Positions 58,469-64,000 of a DNA stretch of 64,000 nucleotides are shown here, in pieces (positions within the stretch are counted from its first letter, which is position 1; each line of letters opens with the position of its first letter). The DNA is from an uncultured virus (IMG/VR IMGVR_UViG_3300046171_000308) (taxonomy: Duplodnaviria; Heunggongvirae; Uroviricota; Caudoviricetes). Under the pieces are notes generated by a model, which did no database searches, had not been told where the DNA came from, and was given only the letters and a program-made list of their open reading frames with translations. The stretch is taken from the IMG/VR virus record IMGVR_UViG_3300046171_000308. The stretch is one strand, 5' to 3'. Both the position numbers and the translations under genes were made by a program.

Positions 58469-58768
58469 TCACCCCAATATCCATGCTAGTAGATTAGGTG
58501 AGTCAGTTAGTTTGTATACTGCATAATCTAATCCAAACGCAGTTACCCCGGTTACAGCTGATGCTAATACTCCATACATTAAGGCTTTAATCTTAAAGAT
58601 TCTATACTGCCATGTATTCCCTATTGCTATACTTTTCATCAATGACTCTTGTTGGTCATCATACTCATCTCTGAAAATTACTCCCATTCTATCACCTATG
58701 TTGCCAGCACAAATCGCCGCCTTTGACCCGCCTAGTACACGCCTTACCTTCAAGGGTTGTGGCTCCAC
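58469..58768 (-). CDS. Small membrane protein
   Basis: C-terminal TM helix. Confidence 0.65.
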   Translation of the reverse strand: MEPQPLKVRRVLGGSKAAICAGNIGDRMGVIFRDEYDDQQESLMKSIAIGNTWQYRIFKIKALMYGVLASAVTGVTAFGLDYAVYKLTDSPNLLAWILG

Positions 58769-58771
58769 ACC

Positions 58772-59551
58772 TCACTGAAGGTTCTCTGCGGCTTGTTCCA
58801 AGTTTGCTGCCTCTTGGGCTACTACCTGGTCTTGTGTACCCTGTGGTGATAGATTCAATACTGTCGAGTCTTGTGAGGATTTCGGTAAGGATTGGTCCAA
58901 GGTTAGTTTCGGACCAACTGGTATTCCCATAATCCTGTGACGGTCTATCCCCAACGATTCCGCTGTGACCTGTGGTGAATTTGCTTGTTGGGGTTGTTGC
59001 TGTAAATTCTGAATATATTGTAGTTGCGCCATTAGTTGTTGAATCTCTCCTAAGTTTCCCGCTAGCACCTCGGATTCCTGCGGGGTGATAACATTGTCTT
59101 CCATAGCAGCTCCTAAGTTTCGTTGGTAAATTCCCATTTGTTGACCAAGAACCGCCTCTAACTGAGCTTTCTCTTGTTCAAACTTAAGATGAGCCATACG
59201 CTGACGGTTTTTATTTCTCATGCGCTTTAGTTGACGACGATGGTCACTAGAATCTTCAAAGACAGCCCGGTAAATAAAGTAAAAGGCCGCCTGTACTGAA
59301 AAACCTGCGAAGCCGTAAAAGATAGCTGACTCATAAGCGGTGTTGAAGTGACTCCAACTCCAATTAACATAAAGCATAATACAGAATGCTAGTAAGACCG
59401 ATTGGAACAACATAGTTCCTAATAATCTCAACTCTGATTCTTTTTGCTTTTCTCTATATTCTTGCATTTCTTCTGTCATATCCTTACTACCGTCTCCAAA
59501 CATCATTGTTTCAAGTAGTGGATTTGTTCCTATTGGTATTCCGCTTTGCAT
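58772..59551 (-). CDS. Membrane protein (2 TM) with Gln-rich coiled coil
   Basis: Two TM helices followed by a coiled coil. Confidence 0.8.
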   Translation of the reverse strand: MQSGIPIGTNPLLETMMFGDGSKDMTEEMQEYREKQKESELRLLGTMLFQSVLLAFCIMLYVNWSWSHFNTAYESAIFYGFAGFSVQAAFYFIYRAVFEDSSDHRRQLKRMRNKNRQRMAHLKFEQEKAQLEAVLGQQMGIYQRNLGAAMEDNVITPQESEVLAGNLGEIQQLMAQLQYIQNLQQQPQQANSPQVTAESLGIDRHRIMGIPVGPKLTLDQSLPKSSQDSTVLNLSPQGTQDQVVAQEAANLEQAAENLQ

Positions 59552-59555
59552 TATA

Positions 59556-61100
59556 TCACATCATATCTTCTATTTCTGGTTCTTTAGCACTAATTATATC
59601 ATCAATACGCAATACCATAACAGCTGTTTCTGTGGCTGATTCCATGGCTTGCTTTACTACCTTCTCGGGTTCGATGACCCCTTGGGCTAGCATATCGACT
59701 ACTTCTCCTGTGTATACGTTCAAACCATATACACTTTGATTCTTCCCCTTACTGTGCGCCTTTCTAAGGTCCATTAGAGTATCTATTGGAGAAAGCCCAG
59801 CATTTTCGGCTAATGTACGAGGTACTACTTCTAAAGCTTCTGCGAAATGAGAAACTGCTAATGACTCTCGTCCACCAACGGAATCTGCATAAGTTCGTAG
59901 ATGTTGTGCCATTTCTACTTGTGGCGCTCCACCACCAGGAACAATACTTCCTTCATTCTTTGCTACCCAGACAACACCCATGGCGTCATCCATTGCTCTA
60001 CGTATTTCATTTGCAACTTCTTCAGTAGGAGCGCAAATAACTAGTGAGGCCGCTTCATTGTTTGGTGTGTCGTGTAAAAGCATGAATGGAGGTTGTCCTT
60101 CTTGGATTATTTCCTCTAGTGAACCAGCAGTACCAAGGTCTTCGACTTCCAAGTCCTCATAACCAGAAACAATAAGCCCATTAGTAGCTTGTGCAATAGC
60201 TTCTAAGTTTGAAGCAGCGCAGCGTCTCGCAGCTATTACGTCATTACGAGCTAAATATTCTGCTACCCACGGGTCGATGTTTTTAGTCACTAAAACAACA
60301 TTAGTTCCTAACTCAATGAGGTGGTCTGCCATATTTTTAAGTGCTTCTTTGCGTCCTTTCTGGTACTCCATTGATTCACTGTAAGAAGCAAGATTAAGAT
60401 TTACACCTTGACCAAGACTATCTAATTCTAATGCGCCATCAATAATTGCTATTTTGACATGTGTCATTTCTGTAGGCATAGAAGAATGAATCTTTTGTCT
60501 ACCAACAACAATTCCATTCGGCGAAAAGGATTCACTAATTGGTGCACCAGTACGAGTCATAATATGGACAGCTTCTGGTCGTGAAGCTTCTATAACTTCT
60601 AAACATAGTCGTGCCAGGTGTTCTCTTTCCCCTTCTGCACTTTTGCCGGTCATAGCAGTTTTAGCTATTGAGAGTAACATTTCTTCATCTGGGTCTAGGG
60701 TCATTTTATCTAAACACTCTTTTCCCTTCTCTGCGGCCTTTCTGTAGCCTTCTATGATACTAGTAGGATGAACACCACTATCGAGTAATAACTGTGCTTT
60801 CTTCAGTAGCTCTGCGGTTAGAATAATAGCCGTTGTTGTACCATCGTAACATTGTTCTTCTTGTGTTCTCGCTACTTCTACTATTTTCTTAGCAATAGGA
60901 GAGACCCAATTTACATTACGAAGTATAGTAGCACCGTCATTGGTAATTGTAACCCGACCACCAGCATCGGTCAGCATTTTATCTAGCCCTTTAGGTCCTA
61001 ATGTACTACGTACAGTATTAGCAACCACTTGAGCGTGGTCTATGTTCATAGATAGGGCAGTTTGGCTAGTTTGCTGGCTTGCGTCAGTTACTGTCATCAA
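59556..61100 (-). CDS. ths: Group II chaperonin (thermosome subunit)
   Basis: STLGPKGLDKML, ITNDGATIL, DGTTT, VPGGGAP, VLRIDDII. Confidence 0.95.
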   Translation of the reverse strand: MMTVTDASQQTSQTALSMNIDHAQVVANTVRSTLGPKGLDKMLTDAGGRVTITNDGATILRNVNWVSPIAKKIVEVARTQEEQCYDGTTTAIILTAELLKKAQLLLDSGVHPTSIIEGYRKAAEKGKECLDKMTLDPDEEMLLSIAKTAMTGKSAEGEREHLARLCLEVIEASRPEAVHIMTRTGAPISESFSPNGIVVGRQKIHSSMPTEMTHVKIAIIDGALELDSLGQGVNLNLASYSESMEYQKGRKEALKNMADHLIELGTNVVLVTKNIDPWVAEYLARNDVIAARRCAASNLEAIAQATNGLIVSGYEDLEVEDLGTAGSLEEIIQEGQPPFMLLHDTPNNEAASLVICAPTEEVANEIRRAMDDAMGVVWVAKNEGSIVPGGGAPQVEMAQHLRTYADSVGGRESLAVSHFAEALEVVPRTLAENAGLSPIDTLMDLRKAHSKGKNQSVYGLNVYTGEVVDMLAQGVIEPEKVVKQAMESATETAVMVLRIDDIISAKEPEIEDMM

Positions 61101-61160
61101 CCCTATTGAACTTGGGAGTGACGATAAAGGAAACGGCTCTGGAGCGTTTAAAACTTAATT

Positions 61161-61667
61161 TCACACCGCTATCCAGTACATAGTACAATCAGCAGTATGG
61201 CAGTCAAAATAAAGTTCTGAACCTCTGGTTATCTCAAGGGTAATACTTGCTCCGGCTGCAAGTGGGAAACCTCGGCAATTTAGTGCAGTAGCATGAGCAA
61301 GGGTGTTTACGTCTCCAACATATACTGTTTGAGCATTACTAGAATCAGCAAGCAAGGTAATTGAGCGCTTCCATTCTAATGCAGCGAAACCGGTAGTTGT
61401 GTCACCTAGTGCAGCATTAGCTGCCAAATGTACTGCCGCATCAAGACTGATTGCTTGAGCGTTTGATGAATCTACCTTAAACGCATGGAAACCAACATTT
61501 TGAGACCCGGTTTGACCAAATCGGCCAGCAGGAAGTGAAAAGGTTGGTACCCCAGTATCAAATACATTCAAGCTCCCTACTCTTGAACCAGGGGAAACTT
61601 GAGTTCCAATTACTATATCTCCTTGTTGCTCGGATGAAGGACCAACAATAGTAGATTTGTCTGCCAT
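61161..61667 (-). CDS. Beta-rich hypothetical protein (possible virion component)
   Basis: SITLLAD.SN..TVYVG...GFPLAAGASITLEI pattern. Confidence 0.6.
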   Translation of the reverse strand: MADKSTIVGPSSEQQGDIVIGTQVSPGSRVGSLNVFDTGVPTFSLPAGRFGQTGSQNVGFHAFKVDSSNAQAISLDAAVHLAANAALGDTTTGFAALEWKRSITLLADSSNAQTVYVGDVNTLAHATALNCRGFPLAAGASITLEITRGSELYFDCHTADCTMYWIAV

Positions 61668-61741
61668 GCTTATCGCAGGAAGTTCGTGCTAATATGTCTT
61701 GCCATGTTTATTAGTCTCCTTTATGGTCGTGATGAAGTACA

Positions 61742-62212
61742 GTGTTAATCATGCGAATAGTTGAGCGTCCAGACATTAAAGGCGGCTTTGTTCCTTGTGT
61801 TGAATGTGGAGCTGGAACTAGAAGCCACCGGCTAGAAAGCCCAAGATACGAAGAATATGAAGAAGTCTGGGAAGATGAACTTGAAGAATATCAAGGTCGT
61901 AAAAAACAAGGGGAAGACGAGGATGGGGAAGAAGAGGAATTAGTTACTATTCGATACCGCCTGGTTGACGCTCAAGTTTGTATGTGTCATGGGTGCTGGG
62001 TACCAAAGCGTACCAAAGCTATAAATTTCTTAAATAAGCATAAAGCTGAGTGGTTAGTTGATACTACCTCTTATCTTAGAAGGATTAGAAAATTCTTACA
62101 GTCTTGGTCTTACTATAATTTTGACACGGAAATAAGTCAAGAAATTAGAGAGAGTATAGAAGATATTAAGAGCGCACTTGCGCTAACTATGGGACTGGGT
62201 GAAGAAGAATGA
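61742..62212 (+). CDS. Zn-binding hypothetical protein
   Basis: CVEC ... CHGC. Confidence 0.65.
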   Translation: MLIMRIVERPDIKGGFVPCVECGAGTRSHRLESPRYEEYEEVWEDELEEYQGRKKQGEDEDGEEEELVTIRYRLVDAQVCMCHGCWVPKRTKAINFLNKHKAEWLVDTTSYLRRIRKFLQSWSYYNFDTEISQEIRESIEDIKSALALTMGLGEEE

Positions 62213-62448
62213 CAGACGAACAAGCAATGGCAATTATAGATGAATGTAGAGCACGACTAACCGAAGTTGGAGTAGAAGATGTATTGATAGCAGTTGGTAC
62301 TGGTAATGGTACAGCGTTTAGCTTCAAGGGTGCTAGTAAATCCCTCGCTTATTTATCTATGGCGGCATGGATGGAGATAATGCTAAATTCAATGGCTAAT
62401 GACCCAATAGATGTCGGGTTTGGATTCAAACTGGAGGGAAATGAGTAA
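62209..62448 (+). CDS. Hypothetical protein
   Basis: 79-aa coupled ORF. Confidence 0.65.
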   Translation: MTDEQAMAIIDECRARLTEVGVEDVLIAVGTGNGTAFSFKGASKSLAYLSMAAWMEIMLNSMANDPIDVGFGFKLEGNE

Positions 62449-63062
62449 TGGCACAAGATGAAAGAATCAAAGGTAAAGAATGGGATTTGAATAAGCGCTG
62501 TCCTGTATGTGAAGATATCAAAGCAGGTAAAATTACAGATGACGGAGAACAGGTAATGATTCCTGGAACAGACAAACCATTCTTCTGTCCTAAATGTGGC
62601 CACATGGAAATCCGCTTCTTTTGGCGAGCTGGTGCTGTTGAATCTGGAAGAACCTCTACAACTGGTCAAACTCAGATATGGGCTCATCAAGGTACAGTAG
62701 AATGTATGTCATGTGACTGGAAGAAAACCGCTGGTTCGGTTCCATGTCTAGGTCGTCCGTGGGATGAAATCATGGGAGACGGTTTAGACCGCCCGGAACA
62801 TCGCTCTAAAGAGCAACACCATGCGATTGGTTGGTCGAATGAGCATGCAGTTGGACTTAGAAAGGGGCAAGAAAAATATGACCCTAAAGCAAAACTTCGC
62901 GCCAAAACATATAAGGCCAAGAGGAAGATACGTAGTAACAAGACGGAGGAAGGCATAGCCAAGTCGGACCCAAGTATGATTACGTGGAAACCCAATAAAG
63001 ATGAACGCAAGATGCCCAGATTCCGCAAAAGAACAAATAAAAAATCTAATGGAGATGATTAA
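62448..63062 (+). CDS. Zn-ribbon protein with basic tail
   Basis: CPVC, CPKC, CMSC. Confidence 0.75.
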   Translation: MAQDERIKGKEWDLNKRCPVCEDIKAGKITDDGEQVMIPGTDKPFFCPKCGHMEIRFFWRAGAVESGRTSTTGQTQIWAHQGTVECMSCDWKKTAGSVPCLGRPWDEIMGDGLDRPEHRSKEQHHAIGWSNEHAVGLRKGQEKYDPKAKLRAKTYKAKRKIRSNKTEEGIAKSDPSMITWKPNKDERKMPRFRKRTNKKSNGDD

Positions 63063-63279
63063 GAATGGCTAAGGAAATGAATGAAACAACAGTAAGCATG
63101 GAAATTGTATATGATGGCGTAAAGACCGTCTTGACCCGCGTTATCGCTAACGTAGGTCTTGAAGATGGTGTCGCAGCTATGAAGAAACAATGTGACTTGC
63201 TCAATATTTCTTCTGGCGGACTAGCAAAGCCTGAGTGAAGTTAATTCACTTAGTTTTACGTTAACTATTAGCGTAAGCT

Positions 63280-63711
63280 TTAGTCTTGAATAAGAAGGTA
63301 ACCAAGAGCGCCTGTTGTTATTACACCAATAGCTGCACCTAGAAGACCATTTCTTTTAGCGATAGTCTGATAACTTAAATTACGCTTGTTACCAATAAAA
63401 AATTCTTGACTCCAAGCTGAAAACATACCGCCTATGGCAAACGTACCTGCAAGTAATACTGTATTACTTAATCCAATACCAGTTAGCCCTAGAGCTTCTT
63501 GGCCAGTTAGGTCACCTAGCCCGTAGAAACCATTTGGTAAGTCTTCAGGAGCTGTATAAGGAGCGTTAGTTTTACTACGAGGTGCTGCTACTGTGCCACC
63601 TTTCTTTAGAACTAGATTGTTTAGTTCTGTAAATTCATAATGACTCATTCCTTGTACCCCATGTTGAGGACAATGTGGATTTACTCTAACTCCTGCGCAG
63701 TGACAACTCAT
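63280..63711 (-). CDS. Membrane protein (2 C-terminal TM)
   Basis: Hydrophobic helices after GFYGLG. Confidence 0.7.
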   Translation of the reverse strand: MSCHCAGVRVNPHCPQHGVQGMSHYEFTELNNLVLKKGGTVAAPRSKTNAPYTAPEDLPNGFYGLGDLTGQEALGLTGIGLSNTVLLAGTFAIGGMFSAWSQEFFIGNKRNLSYQTIAKRNGLLGAAIGVITTGALGYLLIQD

Positions 63712-63938
63712 ACATATACCTCCATGTCATCTTCTTCTTCTTCTTGCTCTAACACCATACCTGGAACATCGAAATGTCTAGTAGTTGGTAGCCCTGCTAA
63801 TTCAGGAGTTTCTATTTTTTGCGGAGCTTCAGTTAAGCCCCCTAAACTAAATGAATTAACTGAGACTCTTCTTCGTACAGATGGAGGTCCATTTAGGATG
63901 CTTCCACGCTTGAACTTACCTGTACCGAACATCTCCAT
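63708..63938 (-). CDS. Hypothetical protein (may extend beyond the window)
   Basis: 76-aa ORF, ATGA overlap. Confidence 0.55.
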   Translation of the reverse strand: MEMFGTGKFKRGSILNGPPSVRRRVSVNSFSLGGLTEAPQKIETPELAGLPTTRHFDVPGMVLEQEEEEDDMEVYV

Positions 63939-64000
63939 CTTTTCTCCTGGTATACTGTGCTTGTCCCATGTAGAGCCAGTAGGAGCTTTTGTGTTACCTC

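Noticed and set aside
1369..63028. Numerous antisense or nested ORFs in the ORF track
   Set aside because: They are shadows of longer genes on the opposite strand or frame, with no recognisable motifs

Overview
A gene-dense fragment of what is most likely a large archaeal virus or virus-like extrachromosomal element. A Marine Group II/Poseidoniales-type host is my inference, not something shown directly. Archaeal-type core genes: family-B DNA polymerase with a C-terminal PIP-like box, PriS-like primase, RNase HI, group II chaperonin, a fused Rpo1 (A'+A'') RNA polymerase subunit with an Rpo5-like gene just upstream, and a small GTPase cluster. It also encodes a PD-(D/E)XK nuclease, serine-recombinase-derived proteins, a GmrSD-like nuclease, a DUF1257-DUF2997-Ycf46 AAA module and many orphan ORFs. 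No ribosomal, rRNA or tRNA genes and no recognisable major capsid protein or terminase are visible. The most unusual part is the leftward block at 1-30 kb. It holds about 3.5 kb of densely base-paired non-coding sequence (16.5-18.0, 18.7-19.9 and 27.7-28.6 kb) and four copies of a fixed-spacing bipartite motif (AGTARTACTAC-N8-GCGCTACAATATGA). It also has hairpin-plus-U-tract terminators and an ATAAG element in front of most genes. Together these suggest a self-contained transcription system producing large structured RNAs. A 12-mer, TGACACATGTCA, is dispersed across the window and also brackets a large inverted repeat directly upstream of the primase. All structures were read by eye, not computed.
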